From Candidatus Daviesbacteria bacterium (GTDB lineage Bacteria; Patescibacteriota; Microgenomatia; Daviesbacterales; UBA10151): a DNA stretch of 64,000 nt. The notes under the pieces are model-generated. The model was not told where the DNA came from, searched no databases, and worked only from the letters and a program-made list of their open reading frames with translations. Both the position numbers and the translations under genes were made by a program. The stretch spans positions 84,368-148,367 of the forward strand of contig CP066688.1 in the NCBI GenBank assembly GCA_016432425.1, read 5' to 3'. This document shows, one piece after another, positions 19,787-30,289 of this stretch (position 1 is the first letter of the stretch; the number at the start of each line of letters is the position of its first letter).

Positions 19787-22204
19787 ACTGGCGGAAATTA
19801 GCTCTAAATCAACCGGGTAAGTTAAACAATCTATAGTGAGAGTTGGCTTATTTATACCCATTGCCGGCAGTATAACTGAATACGTATGAACAGAACCATC
19901 TATTTTAAGAAGTAAATTAACCATACCTTCACCAAACCCTGGACTCTGCCATTTTATACACGAATCTACCCCAAAAAAGGTGTAATTTTTTAAAACTTCT
20001 CTATCTGTCGGAGTCTCAATTGCACCGGCGGGGGAGTGGCGAATCTGGTCGATGGTATCCAAATTAATATCTGAATATCCCGTTGGAATAAAACTAATCT
20101 CCTCTACTAAAGGACTATCTCCCTCTGTTGATAAAATTTTAAGACTTAAGTTTTTGACTTTAGTATTTTTAAACAAAATCTTACTTTTACCATTAGAGTA
20201 TTCCAAGTTATAATCCACCTTTTTACCATCAGTGAAGACTTCAAAACTTTTTGGTATCCGGAATTTGGAACTGGCATAAATAATTACACCATCAATATCT
20301 GTTGGCTCTTTAAGTTTCAAGCTGATTACAGGTTTTATACCCTGAAACCAAGGACTACGTTCTGCTCTCCAGAAACTATTTAAATCAAAATCAATTAAGT
20401 TATTCGGGGTTGTTTCTGTATCGGAATTTGAAACCAAAATTTCCGTCGTTTGCTTAATTGATCTGGAAATTGTAATAGAATTTAAAACCTTTTTAAAAAG
20501 CATTGGGTCTTTTGTGCAATTAAAACAACTTTGAGTATATGGCAGTGGAATTTCCGGATCAGTAGCTTTTAAGATCAATGACAAATGGGTAGGCAAAATT
20601 GGCATAGTATCAAAGGTAAAACTGACTCCATTATTTTTACCGGTCCACATATTTTGGCTATTTTTTATAAATTGTGTTTTACTCGCTACATTCACCTCTG
20701 TAATTATTCCTTGGTGGTTTTGCAAAAAATCTCTTGCTTGGTTAGTAGTGTTAACTAATTTATCTCCATCCCAATAAAAGCTATAAAAAAATTGTCTATC
20801 GAACTTAGGATTATCATAATATCTGATTAAATCACTACTATCTGTCAGCAAGATTAAATTCTCCATCTTAATATTTAACTTAGTGGCTAAAGAAGACTGC
20901 GAAGGATGCATGCCAACTCTCACAAAATCACCCAGCTGAAGTTGTTTTTCCCCTCTGGGAGAGTCAATAAAAATAATGGCCCGATCAGGTTTAATTGGAA
21001 AAAAATCTCTTAATTGTTGATAAAAATGGCTTCTGGACCGATTGTCATTTTCAAAACTGCCAAAAAATTGATTTGTTTGTAATAAGTTCAAAATTAAAAC
21101 TCCTGTTAAAATAATCTGGCCAATTTTGAGATTTCGTAATGCCACCATCCCTAAAGCCAAAACAAAACCTATATAAGGATAGAATATATGCCTATCAGTA
21201 CTACCTAATCCAGTAGTCGTCACTAATCCTTTAGGTATGTATTGAGTAATTATCCAAAGAAAAGCAAAAATACCCAAGCCGAATATTTTTTTGTCTTTTC
21301 TATTGATCCAGATAAAGACAAGAAAAGCTATATTAATAATATAACCAGTCAACAATCTAATCTGGTCTGTATTTTTAATTTTAAAATCTATCCTCAGTTT
21401 ACTTTCGAGATAATCTGTTAGTACAAAAGAACCTGTTGTTTGAATAAAATTAGTAAACTTAAGTTTTATAAACTCTTCAGTAATTTTATGTCCTCCAGCT
21501 CTCTGCCAAAACTGCAACGCTTGCCCACTTTGCTTATATGGTACCCAAATGTAAGTAACAAGTGTAATTAATATAAAAAATGTTAACAAAATTAAGGTTA
21601 ATCTTTTAAAACGACTCCAAAAAAGATACAACGTAATTGGTAGGATGATTAAAATATGTCCTGTTGAATAAATAGGGAATATATATAGGGAGAGAAAAAA
21701 TAACAGACCACTAGCTATTAAATAAATTACCGATTTATTTTCATTAAAACGGTTGATTAGTAAAAGTATTAATAAAAGAAAAGATATGCCAATATTTTCC
21801 GAAATAGAGTAAAAAGAAAGAAGGCTATCTTCTCCCCCTACTGATACTATCAAACTGGCCAGTAGTAAACTTAAAATTTTGTTGCCAAATAGGTTTTTGC
21901 AAAGAAAGAAAGAAAAACAACCTAAAATAAATTTCAAAATAAAACCTAGGATAAAATAAGGTGCCGGATTAAAATTAAACAGCTGATAAAGGTTTTCAAA
22001 AACAGGGCAATAAGAATTAAAAGGCCAATTAAAAGGACAAATTTTATTGGCAGCATTATAAAGAATAGAAAAATCATCATGCCAGAAATAAAAGAAAAAA
22101 GTTTTATGGTAAGCTAAAAAAGTGATGAGGAATATTAAAAAAAGTGGTCCAGCTTGTTTAAAACACCATATTAAGTTGCGCTGACACAATACTTTTTTGA
22201 GCAT
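19760..22204 (-). CDS. GT-C (PMT/ArnT-like) membrane glycosyltransferase with C-terminal discoidin-like beta-sandwich
   Basis: Loop motif FWHDDFSILYNA. Polytopic. The C-terminus has ...FDLNSFWRAERSPW...IDGVIIYASS.... I used the start at MLKKVL (22204) because the longest ORF would overlap the divergent ChbG-like gene start by 18 nt. The start is uncertain. Confidence 0.6.
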   Translation of the reverse strand: MLKKVLCQRNLIWCFKQAGPLFLIFLITFLAYHKTFFFYFWHDDFSILYNAANKICPFNWPFNSYCPVFENLYQLFNFNPAPYFILGFILKFILGCFSFFLCKNLFGNKILSLLLASLIVSVGGEDSLLSFYSISENIGISFLLLILLLINRFNENKSVIYLIASGLLFFLSLYIFPIYSTGHILIILPITLYLFWSRFKRLTLILLTFFILITLVTYIWVPYKQSGQALQFWQRAGGHKITEEFIKLKFTNFIQTTGSFVLTDYLESKLRIDFKIKNTDQIRLLTGYIINIAFLVFIWINRKDKKIFGLGIFAFLWIITQYIPKGLVTTTGLGSTDRHIFYPYIGFVLALGMVALRNLKIGQIILTGVLILNLLQTNQFFGSFENDNRSRSHFYQQLRDFFPIKPDRAIIFIDSPRGEKQLQLGDFVRVGMHPSQSSLATKLNIKMENLILLTDSSDLIRYYDNPKFDRQFFYSFYWDGDKLVNTTNQARDFLQNHQGIITEVNVASKTQFIKNSQNMWTGKNNGVSFTFDTMPILPTHLSLILKATDPEIPLPYTQSCFNCTKDPMLFKKVLNSITISRSIKQTTEILVSNSDTETTPNNLIDFDLNSFWRAERSPWFQGIKPVISLKLKEPTDIDGVIIYASSKFRIPKSFEVFTDGKKVDYNLEYSNGKSKILFKNTKVKNLSLKILSTEGDSPLVEEISFIPTGYSDINLDTIDQIRHSPAGAIETPTDREVLKNYTFFGVDSCIKWQSPGFGEGMVNLLLKIDGSVHTYSVILPAMGINKPTLTIDCLTYPVDLELISASLIFLGNNK

Positions 22205-22225
22205 ATAATGATAGAATAATACACT

Positions 22226-23104
22226 ATGAAAGTAATTACTCACAATGATGATTTTGGTTTAACCTATGGTTTCACCGAAGCTATCAAGGATGCATTTTTA
22301 AAAGGGCTCACTACCAGTACTAGCATTCGTACCAATGGGACTGCCTACCATTTGGCAGTGCAACTGCTAAAAACCAAACTTAAATCAATTGGTTTAGGTT
22401 TGCATTTAAATTTAGTTGATGGAAAATCTCACACTAAAGCTTTAGCAAATCATTCTGGATCCTATAAATATAATTTTTTGCAATATCTTATCTTGAGTTA
22501 TTTTAATAAAAAAATATTAATTGACATTGAAAATGAGCTGGACTGGCAGTTTCAACAAGTTCTCAAAGATAATCTAAAGATAGATCATGTTAGTGGCCAT
22601 AACCACACTTATGCCATCCCTCCTATTTTTAAAATAGTTTGTCGGCTGTGCCAAAAGTATCAAGTAAAAGCTATTCGATTGCCCAAAGAACCGTTTTATT
22701 TAACTACCTCTTTTCTAAAAAATATTACCCCTTTTTTAAACACTAACATAATTAAATTTTTGATATTAAATTTTTTCAGCAGGCAGAATAAAAAGATTGT
22801 TAAAAAATATGGACTTAAAACAACTAATATTTTTTATGGAATTTTATTTACCGGTAATATGGACTTATTAACAATAAAGGCTGCCATAAATGATGCCCAA
22901 AAAAGAGGCTACAGAGTTATAGAAATTTTAACCCATCCGGCTTACCATAGCGACCCCAGGGATAAAATTTATACCAGCAAAACGATCAAAAATTATGTCC
23001 GATCAAAAGATAGAAGAGTGGAAACCGAAGTTTCTCAATCAGAAGAATTAAAGCATTTTTTTTCGCAAAAGAAGATTCTTACTATTAATTATCGAAATTT
23101 ATGA
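22226..23104 (+). CDS. ChbG/HpnK (YdjC) family carbohydrate deacetylase
   Basis: N-terminus MKVITHNDDFGLTYGFTEAIKDAFLKGLTTSTSI matches the family signature (xNADDFGLS...G...STSLM). Confidence 0.7.
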   Translation: MKVITHNDDFGLTYGFTEAIKDAFLKGLTTSTSIRTNGTAYHLAVQLLKTKLKSIGLGLHLNLVDGKSHTKALANHSGSYKYNFLQYLILSYFNKKILIDIENELDWQFQQVLKDNLKIDHVSGHNHTYAIPPIFKIVCRLCQKYQVKAIRLPKEPFYLTTSFLKNITPFLNTNIIKFLILNFFSRQNKKIVKKYGLKTTNIFYGILFTGNMDLLTIKAAINDAQKRGYRVIEILTHPAYHSDPRDKIYTSKTIKNYVRSKDRRVETEVSQSEELKHFFSQKKILTINYRNL

Positions 23105-23694
23105 TTTTTGAGGCTGTTAGAAAGTTAGCCTTACCTTTTGCAGAAATTGAAAAATATGTTCCCCAAAGGGGAAAGATTTTAGACGTGGGCTGTGGTCATG
23201 GGATTTTTAGTGAAATGCTGGCTCAAAAATCACCTACCCGAGAGGTTTTGGGCATAGATCCTGCTATTAATAAAATAAGATTGGCCCAAGCTCATCGTGC
23301 TGGATTACCTAACCTTAAATTTAAGCATGCTTATTTGCCAGAGATTAACAGTAAATTTGATTGCATAATTATTATCGATGTTTTATATCTTCTACCTATA
23401 AAGAAGAAGGTTGAAATTTTAACTAATTGCAAAAAACTGCTTAAGAAAAATGGAATTTTAATATTAAAAGAAGTAGAAAAAACAGGCAGTTTAATGTTTT
23501 TCATCACCAAACTTGAGGAAATTATTATGGTTCAACTTTTAAAATATACTTACTCGGATAAAGGAAACTTATATTTCGTGAATACAGCTTATTATCTTAA
23601 ACTCCTAAGAAAACTAGGATTTAAGAAAGTTAAAAGCCGACAAATTCGAGCAATTATACCCTATCCTCATATGTTATTTGTTTTCAGGGCATAA
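23101..23694 (+). CDS. Class I SAM-dependent methyltransferase
   Basis: ILDVGCGHGIFS...IIIIDVLYLL...LKKNGILILKE. Confidence 0.75.
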   Translation: MIFEAVRKLALPFAEIEKYVPQRGKILDVGCGHGIFSEMLAQKSPTREVLGIDPAINKIRLAQAHRAGLPNLKFKHAYLPEINSKFDCIIIIDVLYLLPIKKKVEILTNCKKLLKKNGILILKEVEKTGSLMFFITKLEEIIMVQLLKYTYSDKGNLYFVNTAYYLKLLRKLGFKKVKSRQIRAIIPYPHMLFVFRA

Positions 23695-25136
23695 ATACTG
23701 GCCCATCCAAAACTTTGTACCCTAGTATAATATTTATCTAAATAAGATCTGATGTAATTAGATTGATAACCATACCCCAAACTTTTGAATCTAGTAAAAT
23801 GATTTTCATCTACTAACCAATAATCAGCTTTTTCTTTTTCTAAAAGGACTTTCATTTCATCAAACGGTTCAAATGCCCAAGGTAAAATATAGGTTCTATT
23901 TATAATAGGTAGCCTATCAGCTTCAAAATAGACAATCATAGTCTCAAAGGAAAAAATTCTTGTCTGAGGGTTAGTATTTGTTTTTATCCAATCGATTGCT
24001 TCATACCCATTATCCCCTGGATGGTGAAGATTATAAATAGCAAACTGTCTTCCTTTAGTCAAAGCATCTTTATACCAAGGAATAATAGTAGTAATACTAT
24101 AAATCGAGAAAGCCAATACTAATAATATGGCAATAAGTTTATAAAATTTTCCAGCAACCTTAATTCGTTGATATTCAATTTCAGAGAGAATTGATAAAAC
24201 TGGTAGTATTAAAAGAAACCTTCTTGGATGAAGTACTGCTATTAAAGTAATAATTATTGAAGTTAATAAAAAAAACCATATTACAATTTCTTGCCAAGTG
24301 TTCTTATCTCCCTTTTTTATCAAAGCCATTTTTTGTTTATTGAGTAATCTTATTGTCAAGAGAATAAATGGAATATTTATAAAAAATAACATTAACATAT
24401 AATTTTGAGGAAAAGATTTATTGAAAGGATAACCACTGCCATTAATATAATAGAGAATATTTTGTTGTATAAACTGATCTATTAAGCCCTGAGAATAAAA
24501 CCATAAAATCATTGGAATGGGTATTAAAATAAAACCAAAAACAAAAGGAAGGATTATTTTATAAACTTCCGCGGACTGAGAATTAAATTTAGAAATTTTA
24601 CTATAGATGATTATAAGAAAAAATAATATTGTAGTGAAAACTAAAGCTATTTGTTCAGAAAAAACTGCCACTGATGAAACAAACCCTATTAAAAAGACTA
24701 ATTCTTTCTTAGGATTTTCTAACCATTTATAGAAAAGAAAAATATCTATTAGCATAAGTAAACCTAAAAAAAGATTAACCTCAAAGGTATTTTGCCTTAA
24801 AATAAATCCAAACCAAATTGTAAAAAAAGTTAAAGATATAAATTGTGCTTCACTCAATCTCTTTGAGATATGATATATGAGTAAAATTGCACAGAAAGCT
24901 AAAATTAATCCTAAAACTATAGTGGTATTGACATCCCAATTTGTCATTTTATCTATTGGGATCATTACTAATTTAAGAAAAGGGAAATACCGACCACCAT
25001 CAAAATCTTGATAGAACTTAAGACCTTTGTCTGTAAACCAAGACATTACAAATGCATCTTCCCATATAAAACCAGGGAATCTAAAATAAAGAATAAGTTG
25101 CCATATTATGGCAAGTAGAAGGGTAAACTTAATCAT
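23667..25136 (-). CDS. Polytopic membrane protein, putative GT-C-type glycosyltransferase. Paralog of 25174..26589.
   Basis: 489 aa with about 11 TM helices and a C-terminal soluble domain. Shares WFTD.GL..Y.D and EAIDW.K.NT...R.Y.LPW motifs with the divergent neighbour. Confidence 0.45.
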   Translation of the reverse strand: MIKFTLLLAIIWQLILYFRFPGFIWEDAFVMSWFTDKGLKFYQDFDGGRYFPFLKLVMIPIDKMTNWDVNTTIVLGLILAFCAILLIYHISKRLSEAQFISLTFFTIWFGFILRQNTFEVNLFLGLLMLIDIFLFYKWLENPKKELVFLIGFVSSVAVFSEQIALVFTTILFFLIIIYSKISKFNSQSAEVYKIILPFVFGFILIPIPMILWFYSQGLIDQFIQQNILYYINGSGYPFNKSFPQNYMLMLFFINIPFILLTIRLLNKQKMALIKKGDKNTWQEIVIWFFLLTSIIITLIAVLHPRRFLLILPVLSILSEIEYQRIKVAGKFYKLIAILLVLAFSIYSITTIIPWYKDALTKGRQFAIYNLHHPGDNGYEAIDWIKTNTNPQTRIFSFETMIVYFEADRLPIINRTYILPWAFEPFDEMKVLLEKEKADYWLVDENHFTRFKSLGYGYQSNYIRSYLDKYYTRVQSFGWASIYALKTNNI

Positions 25137-25173
25137 GCAAAATATAACAACTTAAGCTATTATATTTTGTGGT

Positions 25174-26589
25174 ATGGATAAAAACAAGATAACCTTTATT
25201 ACCTTAATAATCGTTCTTATTTGGCATATATTCATTTTTTTAAAATTACCACATCTTACCTGGTTACCAGGTTTTCTTAATACGTGGTTTACTGATCAGG
25301 GGTTAATTTTATACAAAGACTTAGTCGATCCACATTTTCCTCTTTCTTATGTCATCATGTATCCATTCCTCAAAATTACTAATTGGCATTTTGAAACAGA
25401 TCCAATATTAGCACTGGCAGTAGCTCTTTCAAGCTGTTGGGGAATCTATTATTTTGGCAGGAAAATTTTATCCCCCTTATCAATTATGATTGCTCTTTTC
25501 TTCTTCTCTGTATTTTACTGGTATTTTTCAACTTGGGTGCAAATATCTCAGGAGGGAATACAGGGGTTATTGACTATCCCCTTAGTCTTTTTTTTACTTA
25601 AGCTGCCGCATAAATTAAACTCCACCTCGACCTTATTATTTGGAGTTTATATCATTATCTTAGGGCTTATGGGACAAATAATAACTCCCTTAATCATTAC
25701 AGCCTTAGCGATTTTTATATACTTTCACAGAAGCCATCTTGTTTCGTTAATTATAGGATTATCCATACCCATCGCTCTAATTTCATTATATTTTCTCTAT
25801 CAAGGTGCTTTTTACGACTTTTTCTTCTGGAATATACCTTATTATTTAACCTATGCAAACTTAAACCAAACCACTACTGGATCACTACCTTGGCTTGATA
25901 TACTGGCATTTTTCTTACCTGTGCTCCTACTTTTTATATTGCTCTTAACCAAAATTTCTAAGGTCCCTACTATTATATTGTTACTACTTTCCCTCTCCAC
26001 AGTTCCCATGATCATTTTTAGCGTCTTTCATCCGCATCATTTTCTGTTCGCATTACCCCTCCTCTCAATATCCGCTGGTTATGCTTTGCCTAAATTGATT
26101 AAAATATCTCACTTTAACTTATTAACCTTTATCATTACCATTTCAGTTGTTTTCTATATAACGACTTATACTATACCCTGGCTAACATCTAAATTTATAC
26201 CCGGATGGAATCCCAAAATTTTAACAGCCGAAAAAGATCCTAAACAACAAGAGGCAATTGATTGGCTAAAAATAAATACCGATCTCAATATTAAAATTTT
26301 AGTAGCAGGCGACCCTTTGTTTTATTTTAGAAGTGAACGGCTGCCTGCCAACAACCGGTTTACAGTATTACCCTGGCATTACTTACCCCTCGATCAAACC
26401 CAAAAAGTAATGGTAGAAAAACCGCCGATCTTTTGGGTAATAGATAAAAATTATAGGGAAAGGTTAATTTCCGGCTGGAAAACTCCTCAGATTGATGAGT
26501 TTATTAAAAACGAATTAATATGTTATAAAATGGTTTTTGAAAATTCTGAGTGGGAGATCTGGCAAAAAACTTGCTTAAAGGACAGTTAA
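25174..26589 (+). CDS. Polytopic membrane protein, putative GT-C-type glycosyltransferase. Paralog of 23667..25136.
   Basis: 471 aa with the same architecture and shared motifs as 23667..25136. Confidence 0.45.
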   Translation: MDKNKITFITLIIVLIWHIFIFLKLPHLTWLPGFLNTWFTDQGLILYKDLVDPHFPLSYVIMYPFLKITNWHFETDPILALAVALSSCWGIYYFGRKILSPLSIMIALFFFSVFYWYFSTWVQISQEGIQGLLTIPLVFFLLKLPHKLNSTSTLLFGVYIIILGLMGQIITPLIITALAIFIYFHRSHLVSLIIGLSIPIALISLYFLYQGAFYDFFFWNIPYYLTYANLNQTTTGSLPWLDILAFFLPVLLLFILLLTKISKVPTIILLLLSLSTVPMIIFSVFHPHHFLFALPLLSISAGYALPKLIKISHFNLLTFIITISVVFYITTYTIPWLTSKFIPGWNPKILTAEKDPKQQEAIDWLKINTDLNIKILVAGDPLFYFRSERLPANNRFTVLPWHYLPLDQTQKVMVEKPPIFWVIDKNYRERLISGWKTPQIDEFIKNELICYKMVFENSEWEIWQKTCLKDS

Positions 26590-28599
26590 TTTCGCCACCG
26601 GATCTTTTAAAATACAGGCATTTTCATTATCTGCCACTACTCGAAGATATTTGCTACTTCGTCCGGCAAAATAAAAAACAAAATGGTTAGCGTCGAAGTT
26701 AATTTTTCTTCCAACTTGATCAGTGGGAATAGCATCTTTTTCTCGCTGCCAGTTTTGTCCGTCTTTTGAGGTTTCAATATAAGCTAATTTTAAATTTTGG
26801 CAATCTTTAGTTGAGCTATAATTTAGCTGCAACCTGGATAAAACTACTGCACTATCTAAAGATATCTCTAAAATATTACCTATAATATTTTGCGTGATTG
26901 GCCTTGAATAAGTTTTCTCTTCTGTGCGGAATTCTTCTTTGGTATGTGCTAAATCATTTTTCCAAATTTTTAACAGCGGGGCTCCATCTACTTTCACCTC
27001 ATATACTGGATCCAATAATTTATCAACATATTCCCAAGCATAATGGTATGCTCCCACATCATAGTTATATGTCATCTCCATAATATATTCTCCGCCTCGC
27101 TGTACTCCACTAAAGTGATAGTTAGAATAATTAATATCGGGACGAATTTTAAATAAAGGCAGATTAGAGGTAGTTCCTTGAATAAGGGTAAGTTTTGCCC
27201 CTGATGAGGCATTTTTATTAACCCATTCCAAACCCTCCACATAAACATTACCTAAACTATTCCCAGCTGAAGAGGTTCCTTTGGCAATAGCTCCAGATAA
27301 ACCACCTGTCAGAAAGTTAAAGTATGTATTCTGATAAGGATGAAATTTAATAAGCGGTAAGATCAAAAGATAACCAACAACCAGTAGTAAAATTGAAGCG
27401 GTAATTAACTTTAACTTTTTATCTGTCTTTAAAACATCTTGTATCAACCAATTTGCTCCTATCCCCCCTATCAAAGCCAGTGTCGGAATATATTCCATAA
27501 TTTGTCTGACACCTCCATAAATACTAAATCCTGAAAGCGATACTCGCAATATCGGAATTGTGAACCAGATTAAAATTAATGATAAAATTTTCCAATTATT
27601 AGTCCAAAGTTTGATAGAAGCAAACAGTCCAAAGATAAAAAATAATAACAGTACCGGAGGAGTGGTAAAAATAATCCATTGAAGCGGATAAAGGTTAAAC
27701 GAACCTACAAGATAGCTTGATTGGTAATTCGCCCCGCTCCCGACCTTTTCGTAATATTTAAAAGATTGTAAAGTATGAGAGATGGGGTCAGACCAAAGGT
27801 AAGGCCAAAAGATAAAGAAAATTAAAAACATGATAGGCAGAAAAAAAATTAAGCTAAGAGCGATTTTCTTTGATAAAAATGTATGAATAATTTCTTTTTT
27901 GTTTTTCCAATAATAGACAAAAAGCCAGAGAGTTAATATTAACATGGCAAAAAATATGTTAAATTTTATACCCAAAGCCACTCCGGCAAAAATAGCAGAC
28001 AATATTATCAAGACACTTTTTTTACTAGTGATTCCTTTCCAAAAAAGATAAACCGTTAAGGTAAAAAACGTGGTTTCTGCCGGATCCTTAATATTAAAGT
28101 GAGATTCTGCAAAAAATAATGGATACGTAGCCAAAAAAAGGCTGGCAAAAAACCCTGCTAATATCCCAAATTCGCAAGCTGCAATCCAAAAAATCATTCC
28201 CACTAAAATAGAGCTTGATATAATTTGAAATAGATGATAACTTTCTATATCACCTAAGAGTCCTAACTTTTGATAAAAAATTGTATTTAGGGTGGCAGAG
28301 GTTATATCCCCCAGCGGAGGGTGGCCGCGATCTTCCACCACTGGGTTCTTATTATTATAAAATTGGAATTGTTGATAAAAACTTCTGTCATGATAAGATG
28401 GATTAGTTTGAGCTTCTCGCAGGTTATACGATGTAATACCATTATAATCAAGTTTCCCAGTGAAATAATACCAAAGATAGGCTTGTCCTCTTCTTAAATG
28501 TTCCGGTTCGTCCCAGGAAATACCATAATCATGAATAGTTAGAAGTCCAACCCCAAAAAAGATAAAACCAACTATAACCGATAGAATGATTTTTTTCAT
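26575..28599 (-). CDS. GT-C (PMT_2/ArnT-like) membrane glycosyltransferase with C-terminal discoidin-like domain
   Basis: YGISWDEPEHLRRGQAY loop-1 DE motif. Conserved YGGVRQIMEYIP. The C-terminus has ...ETSKDGQNWQ...RSSKYLRVV.... Confidence 0.7.
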   Translation of the reverse strand: MKKIILSVIVGFIFFGVGLLTIHDYGISWDEPEHLRRGQAYLWYYFTGKLDYNGITSYNLREAQTNPSYHDRSFYQQFQFYNNKNPVVEDRGHPPLGDITSATLNTIFYQKLGLLGDIESYHLFQIISSSILVGMIFWIAACEFGILAGFFASLFLATYPLFFAESHFNIKDPAETTFFTLTVYLFWKGITSKKSVLIILSAIFAGVALGIKFNIFFAMLILTLWLFVYYWKNKKEIIHTFLSKKIALSLIFFLPIMFLIFFIFWPYLWSDPISHTLQSFKYYEKVGSGANYQSSYLVGSFNLYPLQWIIFTTPPVLLLFFIFGLFASIKLWTNNWKILSLILIWFTIPILRVSLSGFSIYGGVRQIMEYIPTLALIGGIGANWLIQDVLKTDKKLKLITASILLLVVGYLLILPLIKFHPYQNTYFNFLTGGLSGAIAKGTSSAGNSLGNVYVEGLEWVNKNASSGAKLTLIQGTTSNLPLFKIRPDINYSNYHFSGVQRGGEYIMEMTYNYDVGAYHYAWEYVDKLLDPVYEVKVDGAPLLKIWKNDLAHTKEEFRTEEKTYSRPITQNIIGNILEISLDSAVVLSRLQLNYSSTKDCQNLKLAYIETSKDGQNWQREKDAIPTDQVGRKINFDANHFVFYFAGRSSKYLRVVADNENACILKDPVAKLTVL

Positions 28600-28600
28600 T

Positions 28601-30289
28601 TCAAATATACTCTATTAAAGGCATACCGATAGTATCAAAAGAGCTTTCTTCTGCTACCGGAATTTCTATAAGGGAATTTTCCGGGATTTGATCTTTTACT
28701 TCAACCTTTTTGCCATCTCTTTTTATCTCTACTGCTGTCATTTTATTATTAATCCAGGCAAAATTGGTATTTTGATCATTCCAATAAAACTTAGGCAAAG
28801 ACCCTATTATTCCTTCTGTAGTAAAAGATGGCAATGTGTAGGTTTTAGTCTGAAACAAACTGGTGACTTCCCCATTTTCCAGATCAAATTGGTTAGCAGA
28901 GACGTCAACCACTAATTTATACAATTCAAATTCCCTGGGAGAGTTAACTTCTATATTTATTCCTTGGTCATTTTTAGAAATATCAACTTCTGACAAAGAC
29001 AAATCCTGACTATGAAGCGCCCCTTTTTCCCTCCAGAAACCTGTTACTTTGCTAAAACCCACCACCTTAAACCCATAGACAGACCTCGGCAGTTGTAAAT
29101 TTCTATTTCCTTTAAGATTGTACTCAATTTTTGCTCCTACCCAACCCTCGTGAGTAAATGCTTTGGCAGTTTTAAGAATATCTTCTAAATAGAATACCTG
29201 CCTGCTGCTGCTATCTGGCAAAAATAATCTTTGAGTGCCTAAATCAAACTTTCTATCAAAGAAGACCCAACCCGGATCTGCAGAAATTATCCCCCGCAAA
29301 CCATTTAATTTTGTCCCCAGAGTAATCCACTGCGTCTTGGTTGAAGTGGTAAACTTTTGAGAATGGGCAATTTTGTCTTTAAAATTTATTGATTGATAAA
29401 TGTATTCACCTGCCAGTTTATCAGCCAAAGCTGAAGGGTGAGGATCAACGGGGTTTAAAACTAAATTAGATTTGTTTTGATAAGTACTGAAAACATCAAA
29501 CAGATCCACTATTTGTACATTATATTTCTTTGCTAATTTTTTAATTTGCTCATGGTACTGTGGATATTTATACTGCTCGTTGGGATTAGATGGATTATAT
29601 TGCGGAAAAACAACAAGCATCAATTCCCCACCTTTTTCTTCAGTTAATTTTTTATTTTTTTTCAATAACTGTTCTGCTTTTTGTAAAGCTTTAGAATTAT
29701 CAGTATAAATACTTTTAATTTCTCTATCAGTCTCTCTGGCTACTCTAGCTCTTTCCAAGTTTCCAAAAGTTATTTGGTATAGTTTTAAATTTCTAATGAC
29801 TTCGTTTTTAATAAAATGGGGTGGAAATTCTTTACCGGCTAAATCTAAAATATTTATCCCGATTACTGTCAAATCCGGATTAAAAAGTACACCTTCGTTT
29901 TCAAATCTTTCAACTTCCGCTGCAAAATTAAATCCCGGTTTGGCCGCATTAATAACTTCAACTGCATCTGCCCCAAATTCCTGTTGTAGTTTTTTTTCTA
30001 ATACTTTAGGGAAAGACTGCGCAGGATTATCAATATACCAACCGTAAGTATACGAATCCCCTAATGTATAAATCCTATACGTCTCCGGCCGCTTTTGAAT
30101 AGTAAAATCTCTATCTCTGTAGCCGAATTTATTAAGATTAACTCCTTTTTCTAGCCAGCTTATATCATCTCTTTGATATTTTGGGTTAAGATAAGGTGGA
30201 TTCCAAAAAATTCTTAAAGTTACTTCAACCAGTAGGATAGTAAAAAAAATTGACGCAAAATTTAAGCCAACCTTACCAGAGATTTTCAT
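28601..30289 (-). CDS. SGNH/GDSL hydrolase family protein with N-terminal TM anchor and C-terminal beta-rich domain
   Basis: Block I YRIYTLGDSYTYGW. N-terminal hydrophobic helix. About 250 aa of beta-rich C-terminal domain. Confidence 0.7.
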   Translation of the reverse strand: MKISGKVGLNFASIFFTILLVEVTLRIFWNPPYLNPKYQRDDISWLEKGVNLNKFGYRDRDFTIQKRPETYRIYTLGDSYTYGWYIDNPAQSFPKVLEKKLQQEFGADAVEVINAAKPGFNFAAEVERFENEGVLFNPDLTVIGINILDLAGKEFPPHFIKNEVIRNLKLYQITFGNLERARVARETDREIKSIYTDNSKALQKAEQLLKKNKKLTEEKGGELMLVVFPQYNPSNPNEQYKYPQYHEQIKKLAKKYNVQIVDLFDVFSTYQNKSNLVLNPVDPHPSALADKLAGEYIYQSINFKDKIAHSQKFTTSTKTQWITLGTKLNGLRGIISADPGWVFFDRKFDLGTQRLFLPDSSSRQVFYLEDILKTAKAFTHEGWVGAKIEYNLKGNRNLQLPRSVYGFKVVGFSKVTGFWREKGALHSQDLSLSEVDISKNDQGINIEVNSPREFELYKLVVDVSANQFDLENGEVTSLFQTKTYTLPSFTTEGIIGSLPKFYWNDQNTNFAWINNKMTAVEIKRDGKKVEVKDQIPENSLIEIPVAEESSFDTIGMPLIEYI

